From: a virus
IMG/VR virus record: IMGVR_UViG_3300021405_000012
Coordinates: 3,855 to 67,854 of that record
Length of the DNA stretch: 64,000 nucleotides
Strand: one strand, 5' to 3'
A program made the translations under genes and the position numbers. Shown here one piece after another: positions 42,544 to 52,714 of the stretch. Positions within the stretch are counted from its first letter, which is position 1. Every line of letters starts with the position of its first letter. The notes under the pieces are model-generated. The model made no database searches, had not been told where the DNA came from, and worked only from the letters and a program-made list of their open reading frames with translations.

Positions 42544-42783
42544 TCAGTTCTCCTTTTTTGCAATCTCATTGCCGCGGTTGGGCAGCATGTAGAAACCCCG
42601 CGCCACCATCAGCGCGGCCGCGACTCCGGTGGCGGCGTAGTGCTCCCAGCATGCGGCAGTGTAGCAATTCCCCTCCGAAGCGGCATGCACAAAAGCGGCG
42701 ACGAAGCCACTCGCGACTGCCACGATGGCAGCCTGCGCCTGGTGCGGCAGGCTGGCCCAGAACGCCTTACATTTTGCGATCAT
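42544..42783 (-). CDS. Holin candidate
   Basis: Two TM segments and charged C-terminus; upstream of endolysin; GGAG RBS. Confidence 0.5.
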   Translation of the reverse strand: MIAKCKAFWASLPHQAQAAIVAVASGFVAAFVHAASEGNCYTAACWEHYAATGVAAALMVARGFYMLPNRGNEIAKKEN

Positions 42784-42979
42784 CAGCTCCTCCGTGGTGT
42801 TTCTGGTGACAGGCACAAGGGGAGGAGTCGCCATGCTCGCAGGTGTCATGCAGGCCGAGTATGCACCAAAAGCACATCATCGCCGCGAAGCGTTTGCGGG
42901 GCTTCTTGCGCTGCCGGGGCCAGTCATGCTCGATCCAGCGGCCATAAGCGACCTGGTTTCCGTTTTCAGTTTCAGGCAT
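42767..42979 (-). CDS. Small Cys/His-rich protein
   Basis: C..C...H..C...C.C.H; overlaps both neighbours. Confidence 0.45.
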   Translation of the reverse strand: MPETENGNQVAYGRWIEHDWPRQRKKPRKRFAAMMCFWCILGLHDTCEHGDSSPCACHQKHHGGADDRKM

Positions 42980-43280
42980 GGCGGCGTTGTTCAAGTGCGG
43001 CCAGGACGGCCAGCGATGAGGCCATCTGCTGGCTGGTGTCGGTAAGTTTTTCGAGCAGCCGGGTCTGTGTCTGCAAGGTCTGGCCAAGCCTGCCGTTGAT
43101 GACTTCGATCATGGTTTCGCGAATGAAGCGCTGCCAGTACTCCGAGCTGCGCTCCGACGCCGGTTCTCCCCGCACGTCCTCGGGGTCCTCCGGCCGGGTA
43201 AACCTGCGGCGGACGAGGGGCACAGCAATGGCGGCTGCAACGGAGCCGCCGATGGCCGCGCCAATGGTTCCCCAATCCAT
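42972..43280 (-). CDS. Single-TM coiled-coil protein (holin/antiholin-like)
   Basis: N-terminal TM followed by heptad helix. Confidence 0.55.
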   Translation of the reverse strand: MDWGTIGAAIGGSVAAAIAVPLVRRRFTRPEDPEDVRGEPASERSSEYWQRFIRETMIEVINGRLGQTLQTQTRLLEKLTDTSQQMASSLAVLAALEQRRHA

Positions 43281-43510
43281 GGCTAGTTGGCCTTTCGGGT
43301 AGACTGTCTCGGCACCGAAATTAGGCGCAGAAAGAGGTATGAATCAATGAAGCGAGTAGCCCTTTGTTTGTCGGTTTGCATTTTATTGCTCACGCTCACG
43401 CCATGGCTAACACGCCGGTAAGCGTGAGTGCGCTCGCTAACGTGTGTGGAGGCGGTGGCACTGCTGCGTTCGACATCATCATTGGGAGGATCAAGATCAA
43501 CCCGTAAGTT

Positions 43511-43547
43511 CCCAGAGGCAGACCCGGTGGACGGGCCTGCCTCTGGG
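43511..43547. terminator. GC-rich hairpin, probable terminator
   Basis: CCCAGAGGCAG...CTGCCTCTGGG immediately after the 43550 stop. Confidence 0.55.
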
Positions 43548-43549
43548 TG

Positions 43550-45454
43550 TTAGTTCGCGGTGACCGGCTCGAACGTCAACATGTTGATGATGGGGGCGGT
43601 GATGTTCTGTGAACCACTCTCGGCCGCGTTGACCGAAACCCACAAACCTTTGGTTAGATCGAGGGCGCTTGAGGCTGCGGTACCCACGTCCGCCCCGTTC
43701 ACGAACGTGGTTTGCGCCGAGTTCTTCACGTTGAAAAACGGGAAGGGAGTCTCTGCCCACAATGTCCCACTGGTCCCAGTGGCAGCTGTCGAGAGCTTCC
43801 AACATCCGCCCTGAGTTCCTGCCGTCGTCTGCGTTTGAGTCGCGAAGAGAACAGCCGACACGGCCACCGGAGACTGAGCGTAATTATTGCTCATGTTCAA
43901 GTTGTAGGTCAGGATCGAAGAGGCCACCTGGGTAGCAGTCGCCCCCTTAATGCACAGATTCCAGGACTTCTGCAGCTGGTTGAGAAAGCCCGCGGGGAGG
44001 TAGAACTGGGCCAAATCTGCGTTGCTGTTGTTGATAGTGCCGCCCGCGGCAAACGGAGCGAAGCTGGTCTGGAAGTTCAGCGGAGGATTCGAGAACGCCT
44101 GGTAGCCGAACAGGGTGTGCGCAGTCGATTCCACCACCGGCTTCGAAGTCGCCGAAGGGTTGCCGGCGGTGATGACCGCCGGGGAGCCGATGGCGCATGC
44201 CGGAATCACCGTCTCCAGCGTCGACAGCGGACAGATATTCGAGTCGATGGTCTGCTTGGCCAGGATTTCGGTGTTGGTCGCGCCGCCGTTGGCGGTGATG
44301 TAGGGCAGCCAGCCACAGGCACCGGCGGTGGCCACTGGCGAGCTTAGCGACATGCCGGTAATGGTGCCAGACTGCGCCGACTCGGTCGAAGGCAGCGAGA
44401 TTCCGCCCAGGCAGTCCACATACGCGGTTTTGGCGTAGTAGGCGCCCGAGGTCAAGCTGCCAGTCGCGGCGGTAATGGTCGAAGCCGCCGCCGCGGCAAT
44501 CAGGGTAATCGTGGTCGGACGCAGCGCGAAGTACAGCGGCTGATTGAAGCCGTTGGCTTGCGTGGCCTGCACGATGCAGCCGGTGCCGGCGGCGAGGGAT
44601 GCCGTCTGCACCAGGTAGGTCAAGGTGGTGCCGCCAGAGCCGCCCGAAGCCAGCGCGAAAGTCGAGCCGTTGCCACCTTGGCTGCTGTTATAGCCGGTGG
44701 GAGTGCAGTTCGATACCACCAGGCCGTTGCCGCCGGCAAATGAAGCGGCGAAGTTCGAGCCGCTGACCGTGGTCAAGGTGACCGTGTTGGTCGAAGCCGT
44801 GGCGGTGACCGCGGTCTGGGTTCCGGGAATGATGGCGCCCGGCGCGGCGCCTTTGGTGTACTCGATGACGATGTTGGGTACAGGCCCTGTGGCCGCCGTG
44901 GTGGTGGCGTTCAGGATCTGCTGGGTGGTGATGCCTGAATAGTTGTCGACGGTGACGTAGGCGGCGCCCAGAATGGCGGCATCGTTGATTGCTTCCATCA
45001 AGCCGTTGTCTCCCGAGACGATGCGCACGCCTACCGCATGGGCGTTGGCAAAGGTCGCGGTAAAGCCGCAGTTGAAGGGATTGACGGCGCCGATGCCGGC
45101 CGGAGTCGGAGTAGTGACCGCGGTCGGGGTTACCGTCTCAGTGTTGGCTCCGTCGATGACGGTGAGAGGAACGTCGGTCGCGTAGATGGCCGCGAACGGA
45201 GCAAAACGGTTGTTCGAGCCGACCGGCACAAAGCAGGTATCGACCGTCATGGCGCCCGCGCCGGCGGCGACTGCGGTGAGGCCTTTCACGCTCCAGTTGC
45301 CGTAGCCGGAAGCCATCACCCGGCCAGCCTGGTTCGAGGGGTACTGCGGAATAACGCTCTGGGCCAAGCCGAACGAGACCAGAGTCAACAGAGTGAGGCA
45401 TGCGCCCGCCAGTCGAATACGGGCGAACGCCGGAACTAGCGAGCGTGGGTTCAT
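43550..45454 (-). CDS. Signal-peptide-bearing A/T/G-rich beta protein (putative virion appendage or surface protein)
   Basis: AAGGAG RBS; ...LTLLTLVSFGLAQ signal; paired Cys. Confidence 0.75.
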   Translation of the reverse strand: MNPRSLVPAFARIRLAGACLTLLTLVSFGLAQSVIPQYPSNQAGRVMASGYGNWSVKGLTAVAAGAGAMTVDTCFVPVGSNNRFAPFAAIYATDVPLTVIDGANTETVTPTAVTTPTPAGIGAVNPFNCGFTATFANAHAVGVRIVSGDNGLMEAINDAAILGAAYVTVDNYSGITTQQILNATTTAATGPVPNIVIEYTKGAAPGAIIPGTQTAVTATASTNTVTLTTVSGSNFAASFAGGNGLVVSNCTPTGYNSSQGGNGSTFALASGGSGGTTLTYLVQTASLAAGTGCIVQATQANGFNQPLYFALRPTTITLIAAAAASTITAATGSLTSGAYYAKTAYVDCLGGISLPSTESAQSGTITGMSLSSPVATAGACGWLPYITANGGATNTEILAKQTIDSNICPLSTLETVIPACAIGSPAVITAGNPSATSKPVVESTAHTLFGYQAFSNPPLNFQTSFAPFAAGGTINNSNADLAQFYLPAGFLNQLQKSWNLCIKGATATQVASSILTYNLNMSNNYAQSPVAVSAVLFATQTQTTAGTQGGCWKLSTAATGTSGTLWAETPFPFFNVKNSAQTTFVNGADVGTAASSALDLTKGLWVSVNAAESGSQNITAPIINMLTFEPVTAN

Positions 45455-45520
45455 AGTGTCATTTCTCCTTTGGGTTGGGTGACGAGAGTTACGAGAAAAG
45501 TTACGTGCGAAAGAAAGAGA

Positions 45521-45940
45521 TCAGGGGCGTATGCCCATCAAAGTCCACTTGTAGTCATCGCCGGCAAAGCCCGGCGCGGCGCCGAGCGCCATCTTGCCAG
45601 TCTCGGGCGCAACCACGCCGATGCCCTGATGAGTGACATCGCTGGTATCGGTGTAGCGGTACATGCGAAGCGGAAACTCAGTCCAGGGATCGCCGTTGAA
45701 TGAGTAGGACGCTCCCCCGACGCAGAGGTAGCCGTAGTTCGCTGGCGAGCAGTTCAGATAAAGCGCGATCCAGTCGCCCTTTTGGACTTTAATGGTGTGG
45801 AACAGCGACACCCTGGTTTCCCCGCTCTCGATCAGAAACAGATTCGAGAACGCAGCCGGGCCCGCCTGAAGCGGACGGCTCTGGGCGAAGGCTGGCCCCA
45901 CCAAGCAGCAGCTGGCTATGAGTAGGAGAAGCGCCCGCAT
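45521..45940 (-). CDS. Secreted hypothetical protein
   Basis: MRALLLLIASCCLVGPAFAQ signal peptide. Confidence 0.7.
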   Translation of the reverse strand: MRALLLLIASCCLVGPAFAQSRPLQAGPAAFSNLFLIESGETRVSLFHTIKVQKGDWIALYLNCSPANYGYLCVGGASYSFNGDPWTEFPLRMYRYTDTSDVTHQGIGVVAPETGKMALGAAPGFAGDDYKWTLMGIRP

Positions 45941-48900
45941 CAGTTGGCCTGGATAAGATTGCAGACCGCGTTAGCCAGCACTTGGATGGTGCCCGCAGCA
46001 GCCACGTTCGAGGTATCGAGAGTCATGGCGCCGGCGCTTGAGCCATTCTGAATCTGGGCGTTGACGTGGAAGATGGCCGTGCCCGCCAAGGCGGCGCTGG
46101 CTCCGGTCTTGGTCGATACCCAAGTGGTTTGCGCGATGATGTTCTGATCGGAATATGCGCCCGCCGTCCCGATTGCGCCGTACATGTCCAGGTTGTAAGA
46201 GGTCGGAGTGCCCGGCCCCACCAGTCCAAAGGCCACGGTCGCCGTCGACGTCAGGGCTACCGGGATTTCGCAATCCAGGCGATAGTTCTTGCTGGCAATC
46301 AGGGTCCAGCTCATGCCGGTAATCGCCGTCAGTGTGGCCGAAGCCTGCGTGCCCATGCTGGTGGCGAGAAAGCCGGTGGTGGTATCGACGTAGCCTGCGG
46401 CTTTCATCGTGCCGGTGGTCACCAGTTGCGGCGACGCGCAGTTGGCTGCAAGGAAGGTTAAGCTTAGTACGCTTGAGGCCCCCACCTGCCAGTCGAAATC
46501 TTTAGAAAGCGCCCCGGCCTGGGTGCAGGTGATGTTGTGAAAGAAGGAAGCTGTTACCACCCCCGACGTGTTCCACGTAGCAGTCGAGTAGACCAGCGCC
46601 GGGAAAATCTGCGTGCCGGTCAGAGAGTTACTCATGTTGAGGGCACTCGCGGTCGAACCGGCTAACGTCGTCAATTGCAGCTTAGCTTGTCCGCCAGCCG
46701 CGCCACCCGTTGCGGCGTGGCCTGCGGTCTCTCCCATCTGAAAAGAGACGTGGTTGTTGGTGGTCATGCTGTCTTGCCAGATTTGCTGGGTGTTGCCATT
46801 GGCGAGGGTGTTGGTTCCAAGCGCGGCCTTCAGCGAAGAAATGGGTACCGTGCATCCGGTGCATACCCCGGTGCCTACGTTGATCCCGCCAGGGAAGCTC
46901 TGCACTGCCGCAATGTCGGAGTTCAGCACAAAGCCGGTATTGCTGGGCTGCCCGTTGGCGAGCGAGTCGCGGATGTAGTGCATGACCGGACTGGTCACAT
47001 TGGTAGTCTGTCCGGTTGCGGCGTTCAAGACATCATCGAGGATCTCGGTTGTCCCCCCACCGCCCGCCGCCATGGTGACATCCGCGCTGGGGACGTTCTG
47101 GTCCAGGTGGATGGCTACCGCGGAGCTGCGGAACTGGCCTGAACAGCAGCGCACCATAACGTTGCGGACGGTAATCGAGGTATTGACCACAAACAGGTTC
47201 TCGATGGCCGCTTCCGCGTCGAAGTTTTCGATGACCCCGCCCAGCGGCTCGGCCAGTGACGACGTCAAAGAGTGTTCCACTTCGATGACCGCGCGGCCCA
47301 GCACCGAGGTGCCTTGTGCGGGCCCATAGCTGCTATCCGCGGAAGAGTGGAATGCGCCAACATCTTCGAACAGGCGGTGCATCTGGTAGTCGGTGTTCTG
47401 TCCCAGACAATGCCCGTAACGCAGGTTGGAGTTTTGCGCCCCTGGCCCAAACAGGTATTCGCAGCCCGCGCCGGCGTCGGCAATCACGATATTGTCGTCC
47501 TGGGTGGCTTCTTCGCAGGACTGGTTAAACAGGCCCCAGGAATCGGGTTCGAGCACGTTGAGGTTCTTCGCCAGTTCAAGCTTGAGTCCACCCACGCGAG
47601 CTCCGTAACAGCCGCCCGGCCAGTTCGGCAAGAGTGCCGGCCCACCCAGCTGGACGAGGATCTCGCTGGCATTGTGAGTAGGTACGCGGTTGCCGTTGTT
47701 GTTGATGGTCGTCATCGTCCAAGTCGATCCCGGAGCGCAGACACGGCCATACGGCAGCGAACCTACATAGGCGGAGCAGACGAAGTTGATGCCGTCGGGA
47801 ACTTGTTCGAGGTTGTTGGCGGAGCCTGCGCCACTGGCGCCATTGCTTGCCCACATGATCCAGCCAGCGGCGTTGTTGACACCCGTAGTCGGGAAGGTGC
47901 CTTGCACCGCCTGCCCAGCGCTCCACGAGCCGTGCGCGAAGGCGGTCTCGGCCAGCGCGTTGCCGGGACCGTTGGCGGTGACTGGCACAGCCTGGAGAAA
48001 GAGGTCGTTGGCCGGATTGAGGAATAAGACGTTCGGTTGCAGGCCCGCGCTCGAGGTCGGGCAAGTGTTGGTCGCAGGGCAGCTGACTGCCGAGGGCGCT
48101 GCTTGGGCGGGCAGGAAGGTAGCGCCATCGCCGCCCGCAATGACGGTCGTGAAGTTGAGCGCGGTCTGGTTGGCGTTCAGCGTCCCTTTGAAGCCAGCGA
48201 AGCTGGTGCCGGAATTCCAGGTGATCTGCTTAAAGCCGCCATTCAGGGAAAGCAGGCTCTCGAACGGGCTCAATGTGGTGTTGATGCAGGAAGCGCAACC
48301 ACCGCCGCCCGAAACCTGCTGCGACCACTGGTTGGCAAAACTCACCGCCCCGGTTGCGACAAATACTCCATACTGCGGGCTGACCAGCGTAGTCTGGCCG
48401 CCCATCGACATCCAAGTACAGCCGGCATCCACGATGACGTCACCCAGCTGGCCGCTGCCGGAGTCGGCGGCGAAGGGATTCGAGCCGGTGCCGCCGGTGC
48501 AGCCTTGCGCTACTCCCGAGCCGTTGGCGGTGATGTTTTCCCACGCCGTAGCCGTGCCGGAATCGTAGATCATCGCCTTAGCGGCGTAGGCAGTGCCAGC
48601 GCCGGCATTGTTCGACCAGGCCGAGGCCACGTAGCGGATTTCCCAGGCCTCGGTGCCGTCGGTGCAAAGCGAGCCGACGGTGAAGGCCGCACAGCCACCC
48701 GAAGGGAAGCTGCCGCCGGAACTCGAGATGCCCACCGCCGTGGCAACCAGAATGTAAAGCGTTCCGCCGCTGACTACAGCGATGCGGTTGCCCTGGCAGG
48801 AGTGCGCGGTGCTGTTGCCCCAGTAAAGGACGCTCGGCGCCCACGGCCCAAACTCGGCGTGCATCACCGGAGTTGAGAGCTTGACTGCCTGGGTGCCAGA

Positions 48901-49959
48901 AACAAAGGCGGGGAAGGTATGCGGCGGCCCAATGCTAACAATCTGATCTGAGCCGGTGCAAGCGTCGTAGAGCGCGTAAGCAACAGTCAATGACTGGCCG
49001 ATGGTGCCCGCGCCTGCAATCTCCTGTCCCAGTGGTTCCATCAGCGTGGGAATGCCGTCCGGGAAGCCGGAGCCGCCGGTAATCTGCGAAGTGTTGCGGT
49101 TTAAGCCTAAAAGTGTCGGATAGTTCCCGGTCACCCAAGGCACGTTGGTCACGAACGGGCCGGTGCCGATATTCAGCGAGACGCTCGAAACGATCAGGCC
49201 GTTGGTGTTTGCCGGCGGCGGCGTGGGGCCGGCATTGAAGCCGTAAGTGTTGGTCGCCGCTCCGATGAACGGGCCAACTCCGTTGGAGCCGCTGATGAAG
49301 AGGTTGGTCGTCGAAGTCGAGGCCAGCACGAAGTTCGAGCAGTTGGTTCCCTGGCATTCGCCCACTTCGTAGGCGTAGGCACCGGCCAGCGTGGCCGCGA
49401 TCGGCGAGACCACGGTGAAACACTGGTTGGCGGCGGTGACTGGGATGTTGGCTTGCACCGCCGAGGTCGCAATATCGCCTGGGCGATCGAGCACGTAGAG
49501 CACAACCGAAAGCGGGCTGCCGTTGGTCAGTGCAGTGCGGCCGCCGCAGGTTCCGGTGAGGGCTACCGTGGGTGCGGCTGGAACTTGGGGGTTACCATAG
49601 GGGTTGCTGGCGACGTTGACGGTCTGCCCGTTGGGCGGCGACCAGGTGATGCTTCCCCCCATGGTGCCGAAATTGTTGGCCGGATTCGAGAGCACGGCGC
49701 CGGGGTTGGCGACAGCGGTGCCATCGACAAAGAAGCTGCCGCCGGTGCTAGAAGCGCCGAGACTGACCACGCCGTTGCTGTACGCACAAGTCAGGCCAGC
49801 TACGCAGTTCAAGGTCGCATAGCGGTTCAGCGTCACCAGCGGCGTTCCCGCTTGCTGCATTTGCAGGGTAAACACGGGCGGCTTGTTCTGAGCTGCGATT
49901 GGCAGCACTGCCAGCAGGCAGAGGAGTGCGACTCTGAGCACGCGAAGCATAGGTTTCAT
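45940..49959 (-). CDS. Large signal-peptide-bearing Cys/Gly/Thr-rich protein (tail-fibre/adhesin-like)
   Basis: MKPMLRVLRVALLCLLAVLPIAAQ signal; DG...W carbohydrate-binding-like motifs; beta-helix-like segment. Confidence 0.75.
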   Translation of the reverse strand: MKPMLRVLRVALLCLLAVLPIAAQNKPPVFTLQMQQAGTPLVTLNRYATLNCVAGLTCAYSNGVVSLGASSTGGSFFVDGTAVANPGAVLSNPANNFGTMGGSITWSPPNGQTVNVASNPYGNPQVPAAPTVALTGTCGGRTALTNGSPLSVVLYVLDRPGDIATSAVQANIPVTAANQCFTVVSPIAATLAGAYAYEVGECQGTNCSNFVLASTSTTNLFISGSNGVGPFIGAATNTYGFNAGPTPPPANTNGLIVSSVSLNIGTGPFVTNVPWVTGNYPTLLGLNRNTSQITGGSGFPDGIPTLMEPLGQEIAGAGTIGQSLTVAYALYDACTGSDQIVSIGPPHTFPAFVSGTQAVKLSTPVMHAEFGPWAPSVLYWGNSTAHSCQGNRIAVVSGGTLYILVATAVGISSSGGSFPSGGCAAFTVGSLCTDGTEAWEIRYVASAWSNNAGAGTAYAAKAMIYDSGTATAWENITANGSGVAQGCTGGTGSNPFAADSGSGQLGDVIVDAGCTWMSMGGQTTLVSPQYGVFVATGAVSFANQWSQQVSGGGGCASCINTTLSPFESLLSLNGGFKQITWNSGTSFAGFKGTLNANQTALNFTTVIAGGDGATFLPAQAAPSAVSCPATNTCPTSSAGLQPNVLFLNPANDLFLQAVPVTANGPGNALAETAFAHGSWSAGQAVQGTFPTTGVNNAAGWIMWASNGASGAGSANNLEQVPDGINFVCSAYVGSLPYGRVCAPGSTWTMTTINNNGNRVPTHNASEILVQLGGPALLPNWPGGCYGARVGGLKLELAKNLNVLEPDSWGLFNQSCEEATQDDNIVIADAGAGCEYLFGPGAQNSNLRYGHCLGQNTDYQMHRLFEDVGAFHSSADSSYGPAQGTSVLGRAVIEVEHSLTSSLAEPLGGVIENFDAEAAIENLFVVNTSITVRNVMVRCCSGQFRSSAVAIHLDQNVPSADVTMAAGGGGTTEILDDVLNAATGQTTNVTSPVMHYIRDSLANGQPSNTGFVLNSDIAAVQSFPGGINVGTGVCTGCTVPISSLKAALGTNTLANGNTQQIWQDSMTTNNHVSFQMGETAGHAATGGAAGGQAKLQLTTLAGSTASALNMSNSLTGTQIFPALVYSTATWNTSGVVTASFFHNITCTQAGALSKDFDWQVGASSVLSLTFLAANCASPQLVTTGTMKAAGYVDTTTGFLATSMGTQASATLTAITGMSWTLIASKNYRLDCEIPVALTSTATVAFGLVGPGTPTSYNLDMYGAIGTAGAYSDQNIIAQTTWVSTKTGASAALAGTAIFHVNAQIQNGSSAGAMTLDTSNVAAAGTIQVLANAVCNLIQAN

Positions 49960-49979
49960 GGGTTTGATGGAAAGGGAGC

Positions 49980-52241
49980 TCAGTTGCCGAAGCATCCCCA
50001 GAACAGGTTGCCAACATCGCCGCCCACGCTCGAAGTGAACGTGACTTCGACCGTCGAGCTGGTGTAAGAAAGGATTCCCGTGACCGAGCCGGTGAGGTTC
50101 TTGTCCCAGAGCGCGAAGCATCCCGGAGCGTGGTTATAAGTTCCGCTGAGATTGATGGCACTGCAATTTGTCCCCAGAGTGCAGATGCCGGAGTCGGCGA
50201 TCGCTACGCTGCGCTGAAACTGCTGGGGATTCTGATACTGCGCGGTGCAGAGTTGGGCCGCGGTTCCGCCCAGGACGTTGATAGTGGCGGTGGCCGCCGC
50301 CGTTCCGCCCACCAGGTTGGCGCAAGGCAGCGAAGCCAAGCTATTGTTGCGGGCGCTGAAGTTGACGGTGGTGGTGGTGGAATCCTTGATCACGCCGGTC
50401 GAGGGCGTGTTCAAGGCCGACTTGGCCTGGATGAAGGCGTCTTTGATGGTGAAGAAGGCGCCTTGCGCGTTGAACCAGAAGTCGCTGCCGCTGGCGCCGG
50501 TCGAGTCGTCTTCGATCACTCCACCGTCCTGGAAGTAGTCCACGGGGCCGCGCAGGGCGTGCGCCGAGGAGCCAAAGAACAGCTCAATGTGCGGACTGTA
50601 GAGCGAGAGCTGGGCACAGCAGGTGGTGTTGTTGTTGTAGTCGAAGGCGTAGGTCGGCGTCCCAATGAACGAGGTCCCGTAAAACGTCATTTCGGAAGGA
50701 AAGCAGCCGGCCCCGCAGCCGCTCGATCCGGTGGGCGCGGCAATGTAGGTCACGCTCGATGCGAACTGGCCGCCATAGACATCCTGCGTCGAGACGTTCC
50801 CAATCACCCAATCGGTGGTGTTGAACCAGAAATTGGGATTGATCCACGTCACCGGCGCGGAATTGAAATTGTTGGTGTAGTAACCCTGGCTGAAGCCGGC
50901 GACGGTGACGTTCTCCATGGTGGCGCCCATGATGCCGTTATTAGTCGCGCCGGTCATGATGCCAGTGGCCGAGCTGGTGCCGGTGTATTGGCCGATCAGA
51001 GCGTTCACCAGGACGATGTTTTTGAGGCCATGCGCCCCAGCCGCAGCCGAAGTGGTCGCGGTGGCGTAGTCAAGGGTGATGGCGCTGGTTGCAGTCAGTG
51101 GGGTGTAGTTCAGGCAGCCCGACCAGGTCCCAGTCGCGCCCGCTGCAATCAAGCCGCCCGAGCCCCCGGATTCGAGCAACACATACTTCCCGGCCGTGTT
51201 GAGCACGATTGGCGTCGAGTAGCTATAGCAGCTGCCATCCGCCTTCGGGGCAATGACGATGTGGCCGCCCTTCACGCCCAGTGCCGCGTATGCAGTGTTG
51301 ATCGCGCAGCCGATGTCGCCGCCGCAGAGGGTGAGGTACTGGTCGGCGTATTGCACATTCTCGATGGTGGTCGAGAAGATCGAAGTCGCCGTCAGCGCGC
51401 CGGCAGCGATGTTGCCGAGCAGGAGTGGCACGTTGGTGCCGCCGGGAATGATGGTGGCGCCGCTGAGGTCAAGCACGCCTTTGATGGCCAGGCTGGTGCC
51501 GCCGAATACGGTTACCGCGGGCGCAGCCGAATAGCCGGTGCCGCCCGCTGCCACGGCGCAGGCGGTCAGAACGCCACCGCTTACCGTCGAATACAGCAGG
51601 CCACCCGTCCCCAACCCTGAAATCTGTAGTGCGGGAGGGCTTTGATAGTTCGAGCCACCCGCAGTGACCACGCAGCCATTGATGGCCCCCCCACCGGAAA
51701 CCGTTACTGTGACGGTGGCGCCGCTGCCGCCGAGCGGCTGGTTGATAACCTGCGAGCTCGTGGGATTGCCGAAAATCGTCTGAAAGCCTGGCGCCGGCGG
51801 AGAGTTCGGGCCCAGATTGAACGGTGTCGCCCCATTCAGGTTCCAGGCGAGCGTAGCCACGCCATCGGCGCAGTTGGTGGTGGTCGAGCACAAGTCGTAG
51901 TCGAGGTCGCCGGCGATCGGCGTACTCGAATCGAGGTAGGCGGTGACGTGCCACAGCGTCGAATACGAGTTGCCGCAAGTGATCTCATTGTTCGCGTAGA
52001 TGGTGGCGGGCAGCTGCGAGGGGAGCAGCACCAGGTCCTTGGCAACGATTGAGAGACCTCCGCCGGTCACCACCGGCACGTTGTAGCCACAGTAGTTCAG
52101 GTGCAGCTTCAGGAAGGCGTACTGCTGGGGATTGCCCTGAGCGTCGGTGAGGGTGGCATTGACGCTCACCGTAGCCCCGGCGGACGCAGCTAGGGCCAGC
52201 AGAACGAGCGGAACGAGCATTTTGCGGAGGCTGGTGATCAT
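49980..52241 (-). CDS. Signal-peptide-bearing tailspike/beta-helix-like protein
   Basis: ..LVPLVLLALAASAGA signal; GG.GY..AP repeats; D.G.AIN.AYAAL..GG.I tailspike-type lead-in. Confidence 0.75.
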   Translation of the reverse strand: MITSLRKMLVPLVLLALAASAGATVSVNATLTDAQGNPQQYAFLKLHLNYCGYNVPVVTGGGLSIVAKDLVLLPSQLPATIYANNEITCGNSYSTLWHVTAYLDSSTPIAGDLDYDLCSTTTNCADGVATLAWNLNGATPFNLGPNSPPAPGFQTIFGNPTSSQVINQPLGGSGATVTVTVSGGGAINGCVVTAGGSNYQSPPALQISGLGTGGLLYSTVSGGVLTACAVAAGGTGYSAAPAVTVFGGTSLAIKGVLDLSGATIIPGGTNVPLLLGNIAAGALTATSIFSTTIENVQYADQYLTLCGGDIGCAINTAYAALGVKGGHIVIAPKADGSCYSYSTPIVLNTAGKYVLLESGGSGGLIAAGATGTWSGCLNYTPLTATSAITLDYATATTSAAAGAHGLKNIVLVNALIGQYTGTSSATGIMTGATNNGIMGATMENVTVAGFSQGYYTNNFNSAPVTWINPNFWFNTTDWVIGNVSTQDVYGGQFASSVTYIAAPTGSSGCGAGCFPSEMTFYGTSFIGTPTYAFDYNNNTTCCAQLSLYSPHIELFFGSSAHALRGPVDYFQDGGVIEDDSTGASGSDFWFNAQGAFFTIKDAFIQAKSALNTPSTGVIKDSTTTTVNFSARNNSLASLPCANLVGGTAAATATINVLGGTAAQLCTAQYQNPQQFQRSVAIADSGICTLGTNCSAINLSGTYNHAPGCFALWDKNLTGSVTGILSYTSSTVEVTFTSSVGGDVGNLFWGCFGN

Positions 52242-52446
52242 CGCGAGGTCTGTATGTTTTTGCTGGGAAAGTGCTGGGGTCACACGCCAGCGGCCGGAAA
52301 GCGAATCGAAGCCAGCTCCTGGAGTTTGTCGAAATGCAGAAACGGGTCGAATATGACCATACTGACTGAGTCTTTAAAGGTCACAGCGACAAGGATTTGC
52401 CGGGAAACCACCGCCACAATCTCGGCTTGGCAGCCTTCAGGAAACT

Positions 52447-52704
52447 TCACGGGAAGAGACTGAGTTGCAGTCCGGTTGTGCGAACTTTCGCACAGCGCCG
52501 GCGGCGCGCTACCGGAAGCAGCGGATCTTCGTCGTCTTCAGGTTCGGGACGCTGGCGTTGTGCAGCGACTTTCGCCGGGCGGAAGAAGCCAGACTCATCC
52601 CGCGCCATGCCTAAGCCCAGATTCGCGAGCACCTTGCGTGCCCACGCCCGGCGTGCCGGGTCGCCGGCGCCACCTTGCGGCACGGCTGTGATGCGGGGTT
52701 CCAT
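52447..52704 (-). CDS. Basic hypothetical protein ending QLSLFP
   Basis: ATG at 52704; C-terminal QLSLF. Confidence 0.5.
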   Translation of the reverse strand: MEPRITAVPQGGAGDPARRAWARKVLANLGLGMARDESGFFRPAKVAAQRQRPEPEDDEDPLLPVARRRRCAKVRTTGLQLSLFP

Positions 52705-52714
52705 TCTGCCCCTA

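Noticed and set aside
46568-46584. Second parS-like sequence TGTTCCACGTAGCAG
   Set aside because: Only a half match, inside a coding region
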